A program made the position numbers and the translations under genes. Shown here piece after piece: positions 11,187 through 25,185 of a stretch of DNA of 64,000 nt. The stretch comes from Squalus acanthias. Lineage: Eukaryota. Numbering within the stretch: the stretch's first letter is position 1; each line of letters opens with the position of its first letter. The stretch lies in NCBI GenBank assembly GCA_030390025.1, contig CM059435.1:114452001-114516000 (forward strand), in the 5' to 3' direction. The notes beneath the pieces are model-generated. The model was not told the DNA's origin and ran no database searches. It worked only from the letters and a program-made list of their open reading frames with translations.

Positions 11187-12304
11187 CTATAACAGAGACA
11201 CTTGTTTCAAGTGGACTACTGAATTTTACCTAAACTTCAAAACATGTTCATCACTCAACTCAAACTTTATATGCTGGTCTAGAAGTTCAGACAATAGTTT
11301 ATTCAGAAAATCCTACAAGTCTTAAAGGTTCATTTATTTAATTTGCCATGTGTCTATTTTAACCATTTTAGTATATCGACCATCTGCAAGTTTGAACATC
11401 CCAAAAAAATCTCAAACGTTTTATATTGTATGTAATATCAAAATTGTCTGTTTATTTCCTCCTTCCCCATTATCCTCTTCATTTTTACTCAGTTTCATTA
11501 TTCTTTGAAGATTTGCTTACCCAGCTTAACAGTCAGATTTAAAATCTGGAGATTTGCATGTAATCTAACATTAGAATTCATGCAATTTTGTTCAACTAAA
11601 ACTTTGGAAAGTACTGAACACTAAATTACAAAATTCACAGAACCATCACTTTAATAAGATTGTACAGTGATTTCCAACTGAACATCTATTACAAACTTGG
11701 TAGTTTTTAATATTTAGCCATTTTCCTGGGACAATTTGTAACAAAGTTTGGCATAACTGGCTTTGTTTACTCCAAGATCCACTCTCTCAAATGGCTGTTA
11801 ATTTGGTGGGCATCACAATCTTTAATGGTTAAATCACTTAGCTAATGCTAGTGTTAAGTTTTAGACTGAAGTTACTATCATTACCAAGCCAACACTGAAA
11901 TAATTAGCTGCAGAACACCAGAGCAAGAAATATCCATAAAATAGATGTCCAGGCCTTGTAAAGTGGCCCAAGCTAGGCTTAGTGAAATTTAAGACTCAAA
12001 CAAGAGCAAAGCTCAGACAAAGTGCACTAACAGCCCTAGCACAAACTAGCCCAGGGACTCAATACTCATCAGGCCAACTAATGCCTCTACTACTCAGTTT
12101 TGCTTTGACGAAAGGCAGGATAAGGACAGGGAATGTTGTATGACTTATAACATCTGTGCTATCATGGTGTCAAAGACATGTGCTATTCTCCCATTGGTAA
12201 CTTGGTTATGTTGAAAACAAAGTTTCTATTCCTCTGCAAAATACCTGCTCCTATACTAAATGCAAGGCTAAAGTAAACAACTTTTCCAAAACTAAGATGC
12301 TTAC

Positions 12305-12412
12305 CTGGCCCCAGAGTAGTGTTCCCATTCCTAGAAAAATACACCATAACCACTGATCAGCTGTGAGCTTAGTGCAGCTAAATGGCTTCCCACCAAATTG
12401 AATAATAACGAT
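12305..12412 (-). CDS. ATP2B1: ATP2B1 exon, 108 nt ([13 protein letters not shown]...LLWGQ), splice-site-B exon
   Basis: ttttctag acceptor, CAG|gtaag donor. Confidence 0.95.
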
Positions 12413-12524
12413 CTAGAAAAACAATGGATTTAAAATGTAGAGATTGCAACCAAAAAAAAAATCCAGTCCAACATTTAAAGGAAAATGCTACATAAAGGAC
12501 TCGCTCATCAAAATTGTCACTTAC

Positions 12525-12736
12525 CTGTATCAAAAATGTTCCCAGTACAATGCTACAAAATATTAGATTGTTGAAAATTCCATCAAAAACGTTCCTTTCA
12601 CCATGAATTTTACGAGCATTCACTTCATTAAACAACTGCATCATGACAAATGTATTAAATACAATTGTGTAGTGATCTGAAGGGGGGGCGTGAAGAGGAG
12701 CATTTCGTCCACTGTCAATATCAAATATTTTTTCAC
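12525..12736 (-). CDS. ATP2B1: ATP2B1 exon, 212 nt ([20 protein letters not shown]...LGTFLIQ)
   Basis: ttcag acceptor, CAG|gtaagt donor. Confidence 0.96.
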
Positions 12737-13158
12737 CTGAATCAATTATAAAAAGATACATTTGAAATGCTTTTCAAGACCAGATTACTCCAGTATGAAT
12801 GTAAAAGGATTAGAAAATGTCACCATTTGCAAAACTTAGCACACAAGAAATCATTTAGCTTTAATTCCCCTGAATTTGTGCACACTGCTCATCATTTACC
12901 ATTATTCCCATTTTTCTGTCATCTGCAAAATGTAGACACCTTTGAGCTAACTCCCATTCCACTCATCGAATAGAATGATGCAGGCCATTCGGCCTACCAT
13001 TCTTCACTATTCTACATCATTTAAAACTGTACATGCACATTTAGGTACTTACGCATTTGAGCAGAATTTTTTTTTAAAAAAGCTCCCCAAGCTAGTGTAA
13101 ATGGGGTGGGACCTCAATCTATGGATTAAAAATGTGCTGAAATTATGGCACTGGATCT

Positions 13159-14680
13159 CATAAGAAATAGAAGTAGGTCACACGGTCCCTCGAGCCTGCT
13201 CCGCCATTCAATAAGATCATGGGTGATCTTCTACTTCATCTCCACTTTCCTGCCCGATCCTCATATCCCTCGATTCCCTTAGTGCCCAAAAATCTATCTA
13301 TCTCAGCCTTGAATATACTCAATAACTGAGCATCCACAGCTCTCTGGGGTACAGAATTAGAATTGCAAAGATTCACAACCGAGTGAAGAAATTTCTCATC
13401 TCAGTCCTAAATGGCCAACTCCTTATCCTGAGACTATGACTCTCCAGCTAGGGGAAACTGCCCATCATCTAACCTGTCAAGCCCTCGAAGGATTTTACAT
13501 GGTTCAATGAGATCACCTCTCATTCTTCTAAACTCCAGAGTATAGGCCCAATCTACTCAATCTGTCCTCAAAGGAGAGCCTTCTTATCCCAGAATCAATT
13601 TAGTGAATCTTTGTTGCACCGCCTCCAAGGCAAATATATCCTTCCTTAGGTAAGGAGACCAAAACTGTACACAGTACTCTAGATGTGGTCTTACCAAAGC
13701 CCCATATAATTGCAGCAAGACTTGCTTACTCATACACCAACCCCCTTGCAAAAGAGGCTAACATACTATTTTCTTTCCTAATTGCTTGCTATACCTGCAC
13801 GTTAACTTTGTGAGTCGTATACAAGGACACCTAAATCCCTCTGCACACCAGCATTTACTAGTCTCACCTTAAAAAAAAAAATTCTGCTTTTCTATTCTTC
13901 CCACCAAAGTGGATAATTTCACATTTCCCCACATTATACTCCATCTGCCACCATCTTGCCTAGTTAACCCATCTATATCCCTTTGCAGCCTCTTTGCGTC
14001 CTACTCAGCTTATTTTCCCACCTAGCTTTGTATCGTCAGCAAACTTGGATATATTATACTCGGTCCCCTCATCTAAGTCATTGATAGATTGTAAATAGCT
14101 GAGGCCCAAGCACTGATCCTTGCAGCACCCCACTAGTTACAACCTGCCAACCCAAAAATGACTGCTTATTCCTACTCGGTTTTCTGTCCGTTAACCAATC
14201 CTCAGTCCATGCTAATGTATTACCCCCAATCCCATGAGCCCTAATCTTGCACAACAACCTCTTGTATGGTGCTTTATTTTGAAAATCCAAATATACAACA
14301 TCCACAGGTTCCCCCTCATCTACCCTGCTAGTTACACCCTCAAAAAACTAAGATTTATCAAACAATTTCCCTTTCATAAAACTGCTGACTCTGCCTAAAT
14401 CATGATGGTTTTGTTTAAGTGCCCTGTTACCGCGTCCCTAATAGCTCGTAGCAATTTCCGTACTATTGAGGTCAGGCTAATTAGCCTATAGTTCCTGGTT
14501 TTCTCTTTCCTTTCTTGAATAGTGGGGTTACATTTGCTACCTTCCAATCTATGTGGACCGTTCTAAAATCTAGGGAAATCTGGAAGATCAAAACAAATGC
14601 ATCCACTATCTCTGCAGCCACCTCTTAGAAACCTAGGATGTAAGCCATCAGGTCCAGGGGATTTATCAGCTTGTAGTCCC
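13159..14680 (-). mobile_element. CR1 LINE 3' fragment with decayed RT
   Basis: ORF 14078-14305 DVVYLDFQ...SGVLQGSVLGPQLFTIY; CR1 tail cataagaaatag...cctgctccgccattcaataagatcatgg. Confidence 0.9.
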
Positions 14681-14936
14681 CATTGTCCCATCTCAGCACC
14701 AACCAGGCATTTATATCTTACCAAAATCAATTAGGGTACTGATTTTTAAAAGCTTAGATGTCAATTTTAAACTAAGCTTAAATGAAAGCAGATTGTTTTA
14801 TTTGCAATCCCAAACAAAAATAATTTTCCAACCAAAACCCCAAGTCTACTTTAGTTAAGTGTAAACCAGTCAACACCGACATTTAATGGTTTATTCAAAA
14901 AACAAAGCTAATATGGTTTTTAAACCCTCTGCTTAC

Positions 14937-15150
14937 CAGCAAACAAGAGTGTAAAAACAACAACAAGTTGGTAGACGGCATGACCCAAGATATTTTTCAT
15001 CATGGTACGAGACACGAGCGGTTTATTTCTGCCATAAGGTTTCCGTAGCAGCAGTGCTTCCGTGGGCGGTTCAGTGGCCAAAGCAAGCGATGCAAATGTG
15101 TCCATGATCAGGTTTACCCAAAGCATCTGCACAGCCTTCAAAGGAGAATC
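14937..15150 (-). CDS. ATP2B1: ATP2B1 exon, 214 nt ([18 protein letters not shown]...FTLLFA), TM6/7
   Basis: ttttttag acceptor, G|gtaag donor. Confidence 0.96.
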
Positions 15151-18043
15151 CTAAAAAAGAGTTTTAAAACATTTTAAAAGCATATTTGAACCAGTTTAAT
15201 TCACATTAGGTAAAGATAGAGTGCTGAGAAGCAACGATTGTTCACATACATTGTTTCTTTGCAGTTTTGCTTTAAAACTGCTGAGATAATCACACAGAAA
15301 ATGAACAATTTAGCTATCGTTACGAATAACCTGTCAGCAAACTCACAGGAACATCAGGTTATCCTGTACAGCTTAAATTCTTCAAATGGGACGTTACAAC
15401 ATACCACAAGGATATATCTAGTAAAAGAAGTGACTTGGGCATTTCCTTCAAAACGTTGTTAAATGTGATGCAAAATGAGATTCCTCAACTAGAACACAAT
15501 CACTCCTCCACCCCCAGAGATCCATCTGCGCGCACACACACACACAATCTTAAATAGGGCCAGAGGGGCAGAATGATTATAGTATGCAGAGGGTGCTTCT
15601 ATTTCAACTAACTTCATGTATATCCAGGAAAATTCTGATAAAGCACTGGAAGTGGAAAAGGGGGCATCTTCAGACAAACTACAAAATGGCATTTTTGGAA
15701 GCATTGAGTTTGGTGAAAGACTGCACATTGCTCCCATGTGGCAGCCTTGCAGATTCTCAAAAAAATTAAGACTGGTCAAAGAAGTGGCTGTTGAGTAAAC
15801 TAAATGATTGGCCTAACCAGGTTTCTCACTATATGGTAACGCAAGATACAATTAACCATGTAATTATGCCTCAAAGGCTTTTCTAGTGCTAGTGGGTCTT
15901 CAGTTCCTTCACTCCATTTGCAGATTCCAAGGCGATTATCAAAGCAGTGAATGAGTTGGCAGTGCACTAAGGTGATGGGCCAAATAGTGGATATACTATC
16001 TTAACAAGCAAATTCATGAGCCCTCTAACACTGACATCATTGTTGAATGGAGGTAGTTAGGTATTTCTAGCCTTTGAGGGAGACAAGAGGACAGAAACAA
16101 GGGTGAGTGAGAAAAGTGGTTATCCTCTGACCAGGTCAAGCAATTGCTTTTGGCCAAGGTCAGGGTGACTGATCCATTCCAGCGACACTTTCAGGCTGTG
16201 TGTATTTCTGGCCTCCTATAATTAGGCAATCAAGTACATGCACAATACCCACAACTACAGTTCACTCTCTGGACAAGGAACCTCTAACCTGTCAATCTAA
16301 ATGTAGCCATAACCCAGCTCTTAAAACGCTCAGACAAATGGACTGGGAAAGTCAATATGCATTTGCAGGTGTTAAATGTTTACACTACAAGCATCTAGAT
16401 TCCCTATTTGAAGGAGGATATTAAGAGTACCAATGGAATTATTGCAATATTCCCATCAGAAACTTCATGCTTTTCCAAAAGCCATTATAGCAAGTATGCA
16501 CAAAGATTCACCAGAATGACACCAAGTATTAGAAACTATAGTTGTGAGGAGAGCCTCCAAGACACTGGGACTATTTCTACTGAGCAGACAAAACCGATTT
16601 TAAAAGTTTTTTTCAAAATGTTGGATCGGCAGAAGGAAAAATTGTTTCCTCTAGTGGGTAGTCAGTGACGAGGGGTCATCAATTCAAAATAGTCAGAGAG
16701 GGTTAGGAGAAATTTCTTTATGCAGAGAATTGCTGGAAGGCTGGGTCAGTGAGTGGTTGAGACAGAGACCACCATATATTTTAAGGGAAAAGTAACTAAA
16801 CATTTAAATCAGATGATACAGGGCTGGAGAGCAGGGCAGTGAGATGAGATTTGGACTGCTCGAGCAATGAGCTGGCTCAGACACAATGGGCTGAATAGCC
16901 TCCTTCCATGCTGTAACTTATGATTCTATTTTGTTCAGCATAAACCTATAAACTCTTCCAAAGACATCTGGTCTCTTGTCATCCAAAATGAGAAGTATAA
17001 ACATAAAAGTTGTAGCCTATATTCTCAAAGGACTATGAAAGGAAACATTAACTTTAAATATGGTTTTTAGTGGATTTTGTGGAGAGTTTACTATTCTGGA
17101 TAGACAATTGTTCATAGAACAATTAGAACCGCAGCATAGCGGAGCAACGTCCTAGTTTAAACTGCTTAAAAAGTCAGAGATCAACTTGGTTGCAACATTT
17201 GTTTGAGTGGCTTTTAAAGAATTGGCAAATAGAGCAGATTTTGACAATATAAAGCACAGGAGGATTTACATTTTTTTCTTCAAATTTAGAAAAGGGCTTA
17301 AAAATAGATAAAAGAAAAGTTAAATATAGAATGGGGGAAAGGGACAAGAGGGCAAGGCACCACATTTATTTTGAATTGAAAGTTTCTATTATGGAAATAA
17401 AGTTGTCCCTTTAATGATTAGTTTTATTAATCTAACATTGTTTCCCTGGGATTGATGCTAAAACAAACATTTACCTAGACATGCTGGCAGTCCAAGGGTT
17501 ACACACAATGTCAAATCTAAAATACATTTACTTCTATACTGCAAATCAAATACTGCAGAATGCAATTTTTGAATACAAGCGGTTGTGCTTACAAAATGGG
17601 AGCACTCATTTATGAAGTGATGATTCCCAAGACGAGTTTCCATTTCAACTAAGTAGCGTAGCATTTCTTTGCGGAGAAAAGCTAGCCCAGGCCACTCATG
17701 GACATGCAAACAGCTGGCTCATGCCATTACAACATTAGCAGAGACCAAGGAATAGACTTGGTGCCTGTCTGAACAGTGCGTGGCACATGACCACTTACTC
17801 TGCAATAGCTCCTATGCCTTCCAGCTACCGCTTAGTAGCGGTAGTTACTAGTCTAACCAGTACTAAATAAATGCGCTATTAATTCATGGATTATTAATCA
17901 CAGTTTTCAGAATCTACAGTTCTGTATAGATTATGCCATAGAGACCTGTGTAAATGGAAACATCAGTAGGCATTCATACTCATTCAACCACTGTGACCTG
18001 AAAGTGTGCAATATACTTATACTTACATCAAAATCTATGTTCA

Positions 18044-18256
<213 letters not shown>

Positions 18257-18419
18257 CTAGGAGGGAAGGCGAAACAGATAAAGTAATCTTTTGCATATTG
18301 GGATTAATAGCACTCAATTGCATATACAATTCCATGGAATTTTAACGAGGTGAGATATAAAAGTTAAAGATTTTTTTAAAGAGGATATTTAAATTGCAGC
18401 TCGCAGATCTAAAAATCTG

Positions 18420-18856
18420 GCCAATACTCATTGGAGTTTAGAAGAAATGAGAGGGGATCTTATTGAAACATAAGATTCTGAAACATAAGATTCTAAAGGG
18501 GCTTGACAGGGTAGATGCAGAGAGGATGTTTCCCCTCGTGGGGGAATCTAGAACTAGGGGGCATAATTTCAGAATAAAGGGGCACCCATTTAAAACGGAA
18601 ATGGAGGAGGAATTTCTTCTCTGAGGGTCGTGAATCTTTGGAATTCTCTTCCCCAGAGAGCTGTGGAGGCTGGGTCATTGAATATATTTAAGGTGGAGAT
18701 AGACAGATTTTTGAACGATAAGGGAGTCACGGGTTATGGGGAGCGGGCAGGGAAGTGGAGTTGAGGCCAAGATCAGATCAGCCATGATCTTATTGAATGG
18801 CGGAGCAGGCTCGAGGGGCCAAATGACCAATCCTGCTCCTACGTCTTATGTTCTTA
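18420..18856 (+). mobile_element. CR1 LINE 3' end
   Basis: ttggagtttagaagaaatgagaggggatcttattgaaac...gaatggcggagcaggctcgaggggcc...cttatgttctt. Confidence 0.88.
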
Positions 18857-18947
18857 AGAGGTAAAGAAACACAAATCAGCAGGAAAAAACCCATAATGCA
18901 ACATAAACCATTTAGAAATTCAATACACAATTGACTTTAGAACATAC

Positions 18948-19054
18948 CATGGCAAATCCAACATCAGCTTTCTTCAGTGCTGGGCCGTCATTAGTGCCAT
19001 CACCAGTGACTGCTACCACTTGCCTTCGTTCTAACACCGTGCTATCAATAATGC
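18948..19054 (-). CDS. ATP2B1: ATP2B1 exon, 107 nt ([36 protein letters not shown])
   Basis: ttcaag acceptor, ATG|gtatg donor. Confidence 0.96.
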
Positions 19055-21514
19055 CTTGAAGTGAAAATACAACACGAGTGAAATATTTTTTTTTTGGTAT
19101 GTAACTACAGGTACTTGTGAAAATGTTTGAAATCATCTATTCATCGATCTTAAGCACTACTCCAGACGAACATTTCGGTGAAATGTGATAATTCCTGTTC
19201 ATAGTCTCTTTCCACACACACCTCCCCCCCCCACCAAACTCCACAGTTTTGCAAGGTCCCTGTATGTGAAATTTGCAAATCAGCAATGAACTCTTATTAG
19301 GAATTAAGACAATTTTCATTAAAAGAAAGCACTGAGCAAACAAGGAAAGATGGACGGGCTCAGGTTTCATGACAATATGCCCTCATTTGGTCACCACAAA
19401 GTGCAGCTGATTAATATACCCTTACAACTTGTCAGACCTGAAAGTTTCAAAATAAATGAGCTGCAGCTTTAAGAAAAAAATAGAACCAAGAAAACCATCC
19501 TAATTTCTGTAACTATTTACAAACCAACAAAGCTTCTATTCTTGGAGAAGTCTATTTGGGATGGAGGGGCAGGAACAGAGAAAAGTAAGAACGCCAGTAA
19601 TAAAAATGTACAATGAGGTAACCATTCAGCTTGTCCAGCCGGTGACATCCTGTTCCAGGATCTTCTGCATTTACAGCCAGCAGTTTGATTGTGCTAATAA
19701 TCCCTGGCGTTTCCTATTTTATCCCACTAAATGAGAAAAAGAAAGTTATAGTTAAAGAAGTGGGGCTTTCCTAGCATTCGGAGAGATCTCAGAAAATTAT
19801 AGGCTATAAAGGATGCAAAGAGAATTATAGGAGGCCATTCGGCCCATCGTGCAGGCTCTTTGAAAGAGCTTTCGACTTAGTCCCAACTCATTTCCTCTTT
19901 CCCCATAGCTCTGCAAATTTTTCCATTTCAACTATTTAAGAAACCACCAAAATGCGAAAAAAGTGCACCATAAATGGAAAAGTAGCGCTCATTTAAAAAA
20001 AAAGCAGATAGGAGATATGACAGAACATATGACACTTAGCCATTCCCTGTAATCAAAGCGATGGAAGCAACGTTTTGTTCTTGACACAAGTGGACAAATC
20101 AGCCACAAAGTCAATGAATGAAAATTTCAAAATTGCCCTTTTGACAGCTCTACATCTGCCCTTATGGTTGCATTACGACTCTTAACCGATGCATTTGTAC
20201 ACTATTTAAAGTCTTCGACATTCTCCTGACATTTTCTATAGCATATATTTTGCACTAGGTGGCAGTCTTGTCCATAAGTTACAGCTACATAATTTGGCTC
20301 GTAGCTTCAAGGAATATCCCTCTAGCTTTGTACAGTTACATCTCTAAATCTGTACAGTTTACTCGTGTAGAAGCTCTCCGTAAATTACTTTCACCAAAAT
20401 AAGAGTACTTATGAGAATCTGATGACTTTCTTTTACACAAGAACATGAGAACATTGCCCATCCCACTAACTAGGTAGGGGAAAACTCAATCTAGAGACTG
20501 TATTCTCTGCTGTACTACCTCTTTACTAGGAGCTGCTCTGCTCCTGCATTCATTTTTCTCTGCACTGCTGGGAATTTTTCACTACATGCTAAGCTAGCTC
20601 TGATCTGTTCCTGCTGGCTCTCATCCTTCTCTGGATTCTTTTCCATTGCTGCCAAATGACCTTTGCTTTGCACTTGGTTGCCAACACCATTCATTCTACA
20701 GAACTCCCATCACCTATTCGTTGGACTGGCTCCTCAAACTCCTACTCCCAATTTTATGTGCTCCTCGCCTCTCTACAGCTGCCCCTCAGACCAGCTCCCA
20801 ATTCACCGATGCTGTGAATTTACTTTTCACCACCTGATCCCCTGGGTTTCACTGCTCCGGGTCCTTGGGCTTCACTCCCACTGCTTCGTCGCTGGTATAC
20901 CAGATTTGCATTACTAACGCAGAGGCCACTACTTTCTCCTGGATCATTGTCGACTCACCAAGCTTCCTCAGCTATTTTCCACTGGACAACCTCCAGCAGT
21001 GTGTCCATTGATAATCTGCCCTTCGAGAAGCTCCTGGACACTCTCACCGTCCACAACGGACTCCAAACCTGGACATTGGTTTGTCGATGCTCCAAGCTGA
21101 CCATCATGTCTACAAGTCAACTTCATCCCATGACAGGACCGCAGACCACTGACTGCCATGCCTTCAGCCATCTAGGCTTTAAGTTCTGGAATTCCCTCCC
21201 TAAATCTCTTCATCTCTCCACCTCTGCTCTTTCAAAACACTCCTTAAAACCAACCTATTTGACCAAGCTTTTAGTCACCCCTCCTAATACCTCCTCCTTT
21301 GGCTTGGCAGCGATTCTTGTCTCATTATGCTTTAGTGAAATGCCGCAGGGACATTTTTTCAACATTAAGAGGCCCTATATAAATGCAAGTTGTTGCTGTA
21401 GAGGAAACCTCCTGGCAATCGAGTAAAATTGATGGAGCAGGTGTTGGTGGAAATGCTGACTGCACAGCTTATCCCAGGTGGTGAGAATCGGAAATTTAAG
21501 GGCCTGCCAATTCA

Positions 21515-21670
<156 letters not shown>

Positions 21671-21751
21671 TTAAATATTTGCTATTTCACAATATTCAAC
21701 AACAGGAGCGAAAAATCCACACTGATGCTTTCAGTTGAAATGTTAGTGTAC

Positions 21752-21931
21752 CTCTCCTTTTGCATTGCGGATGCGTTTGTTGAATTGTTTACCCTCCAAA
21801 CATAGAAAGTCATCACCAGCCTGTAAAATGCCACATTTTGTAGCAATGGCACGAGCAGTGTTAATGTTGTCACCAGTGACCATACGCACGGTGATACCAG
21901 CACGCTGGCATTTCTTAATGGCATCGGGGAC
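21752..21931 (-). CDS. ATP2B1: ATP2B1 exon, 180 nt ([22 protein letters not shown]...RNAKGE)
   Basis: ctgcag acceptor, GAG|gtac donor. Confidence 0.96.
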
Positions 21932-22532
21932 CTGCAGAAGGAGCAAACAATTTCACCGTGTTAGATCGTCATACAATTTCAGCTTGGAGCGCAACTGCAG
22001 TATTGTGCACCCTTTATTCAAGTAAAATATGTTCTGTGTTCCTCGAATATAAACTTCCATCAATTTACTTGTCAGTTTTGCTCAAATCCCATTCCAGGGA
22101 CATGACGCTTAAGCTAGGCCGATACTTGGTGCAGTACTCAAAGCTGCATTGGTCAGAGAATCGTAGAATAGTACAGCACAGAAGGAGGCCCTACGGCCCA
22201 GAGTCTGCACTCGCTCTTTTGAAGAGCAATCCAGTTCGTCCCACAACCCTGCAATTTTTTCCCTCAAGTATTTATCCAATTCCCTTTTGAAGGCTACTAT
22301 TGAATCTGTTCCACCACCCTATGAGGCAGTGCCTTCCAAATCCCAAGCACGAGTTGCATTAAAAAATGTTTTGTGTCGCCTCTGGTTCTTTTTCCAGTCA
22401 CCTTAAATCGGCGTCCTCTGGTTGTGGACCCTTCAGCCAGTGCACGGTTTCTTTTTATTTTACTCTATCAAAACCCTTCATGATTTTAAACACCTCTAAT
22501 TAAATCACTAAGCCTTCTCTGCTCCAAGAGGT

Positions 22533-22780
22533 ACCATCTTTCAGATTAGATATTAAACTGAGGCCCCACCCACCTGTTGACGCAGATGAAAGATCCCATG
22601 GCACTATTCAAAGTGTAGGGAAATTCGCCTGGCCAACATTTATCCCTCAAACACCATCAAAACCGTTCAACTGTTCATTGCTCTTTAGGTGACCTCGCTG
22701 TGTGTGAACACTTCAAAATAATCGGCTGTGAAGCACTTGTGATGTCTTGAGGATGTGACAGGCACTATATAAATGCAAGC
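22533..22780 (+). mobile_element. Deu-SINE, degenerate
   Basis: agatcccatggcactatt...ggccaacatttatccctcaa...cactatataaatgcaag. Confidence 0.7.
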
Positions 22781-23509
22781 TCTTCTCCAGCCTTCTATTA
22801 ACAGCATGCATCTTCACAGAGCAACATAGAAATGGGGAGAAAGAGTTAAAAAATCCACATCCAAATGCAATTAGATGCCTGTGTATCTTTGCACCATTGC
22901 CAGCAGTTTTATACTGAAGGAATGGTTTGACTGCCACCCTACGGTACATCATAGGAATATTTACCAGAAGATGATTTCAATGACTACATTTGCTATGGTG
23001 ATCAATGGCAATGCTATCCTTTGTCAGATTCACTTCACCCCACATCCAGATGCAAGCACTGGCACACATTTCCCCCCCCCCCCCCAAAATCAACTTTTCA
23101 CATGAATGAACAAGACTTATTTTACAAAATCAGAACTGCGCGACTATTGACGGAAGAAAATCTCTGAACAAAAACTTTGAGGACATTGTAGATAAAGATC
23201 ATAGAATGTTACAGCACACTGCTACAACCAATGAATCTGCACCAGTGACATGAGCCACCTAGTTTAATCTCACATTTGCTCATTCCCCATACTGCTTAAT
23301 ATTCCTTTTTCCAAACAGCTAATTCCTTAAAGTATTTATGGACTCTACTTTAGCAAAGATGTGCGACAGGATTCCACATTTCAACCATCCTGTAAAGATT
23401 TTTTTCTCCAACAATCCTTATCTTAAATTTGTGCCCTCATCACTATCTCCCTGATCAGTGGATGATTGCAGTGTTCAGTTCTATTTGTTATTCCTCATAA
23501 TAAAACAGT

Positions 23510-24030
23510 CCATGCCTGCATGCAGCAAGACCAGGACAACAGGCTTGGACTGAATCATAGTACAGCACAGAAGGCGGCCATTCGGACCATTGAGTCTGTG
23601 CCGGCTCTTTTGAAGAGCAATCCAGTTAGTCCCACTCCTCCGCGCTTTCCCCATATCCCTGCAATTTATTCTCTCCAAGTATTTATCCACAAATGGCAAG
23701 AAACATTTCCACCACACACGTGCCAGGCAATGACCATCACCCTTTGACATTAAATGCATTACCACCAAATCCCCCAACATCCTGGGGTCACCGCTGACCA
23801 GAAATTCATCAGCCATATAAATACAGTGGCTACTAGAGCAGGTCAGAGGCTGGGCATTCTGCAGCGAGTGGCTCATCTCCAAAGCCTCTCCCCACCTACA
23901 AGGCACAAGTCAGGACCCAGGATGGAATACTCTCCACTTGCCTGGATGGGTGCAGCTGCAACACTCAAAGCTCAGCACCATAGAGAACAAAGCAGTCCGC
24001 TTGATCGGCACCCCATCCACCGACTTAAAT
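23510..24030 (+). mobile_element. LINE RT remnant (KWQETF..HTCQAMTI; RAGQRLGILQRVAHL) interrupted by a CR1 tail at ~23553-23688
   Basis: ORFs 23466, 23754 and 23938; a probable further fragment of a similar LINE at ~29990-30600. Confidence 0.7.
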
Positions 24031-24169
24031 AGTGGAAGAAACCATCACTATTTACATCATAACTCCCATAATCTTGAAGGCTTCGTGTCAGTTCACCCCT
24101 TAACCTGCTCAACTCTTTGGGACGTCCCGAGGAAAGGCGCTATAGAAATGCAAGTTCTATATGCAAATG

Positions 24170-24487
24170 AGAGTCCAGAACCAGGGGTCATAATCTAAGG
24201 ATAAGGGGTAAGTCATTTAGGACAGAAATGAGGAAGAATTTCTTCACCCAGAGAGTGGTGAACCTGTGGAATTCTCTACCGCAGAAGGTAGTTGAGGCCA
24301 AGTCATTGAATATATTCAAGAATGAGTTAGATATATTTCTTAAAGCTAAAGGTATCAAGGGATATGGGAGAAGGCAGGTACAGGGTACTGAGTTTGGATG
24401 ATCAGCCATGATCTCATCGAATGGCGGGGCAGGCTCGAGGGGCCGAATGGCCTACTCCTGCTCCTATCTTCTATGTTTCTATGTTCT
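24170..24487 (+). mobile_element. CR1 LINE 3' end
   Basis: Same tail; ends (ttctatgt)n. Confidence 0.85.
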
Positions 24488-24834
24488 TTCTTTCACATCA
24501 CTAACTGCAGCCCAAGAGTTTCAACACTACCTCTGATTTTGTATCCTGTGCCTCTAGGTACAAAACCAAGAATGCAGTTTCCTGTTTTATGACCTCCTGT
24601 TCCTTTAATGACTTGTATCTGCACATTAAAGTGCCTCTGCTGCCCTGTTCCATTTAAAATTAAACCATTTAAGGTGCATTTCTCTTCTCGAACTCAGACT
24701 CCTGTGGAGTACCACTCGTCTGAGAAACTTCCTTTTATCCCTACACTTTGCTCATGTCCTCCAATCTATCTATTCGCACGGCCACATTCTCACATGTACT
24801 TTTTTTTAAAAACGATATCAGCATTCCTCATGAC

Positions 24835-25185
24835 AACTACTGGTTACTGGTCTAGTAATCCAGAGACTGGACTGGTAATCCACAGAAGAGTTCAAATCCC
24901 ACATGCCCATTTGAGAATTTAAATTCAGGTTAAAATTTTTTTGGCATCAGTAAAAAAAAAGTAACCATGTCGCTGGCAGAATGTTGTAAAAATCCAATTG
25001 CTTTATTAAGGTTCTTTACAGGGGGAAAAAAAGAGGGCCTATGTGATTCCAATCCCACACCAACATGGTTGACTCTTAAGAACCACTCCGTTGTATCACA
25101 CTGCTTCAGTTCAAAGCAGCGGCCCACTACTACCTTCTCGGGGCAACGAAGGATAGGCAATAAATGCCGGTGACGCCCACATCAA
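24835..25185 (+). mobile_element. tRNA-derived SINE
   Basis: Box-B-like gagttcaaatccc; tail accttctcggggcaacgaaggataggcaataaatgcc...gacgcccacatc. Confidence 0.55.

Noticed and set aside
18465-18494. 15-bp tandem duplication gaaacataagattct
   Set aside because: Local slippage inside a dead CR1 copy.
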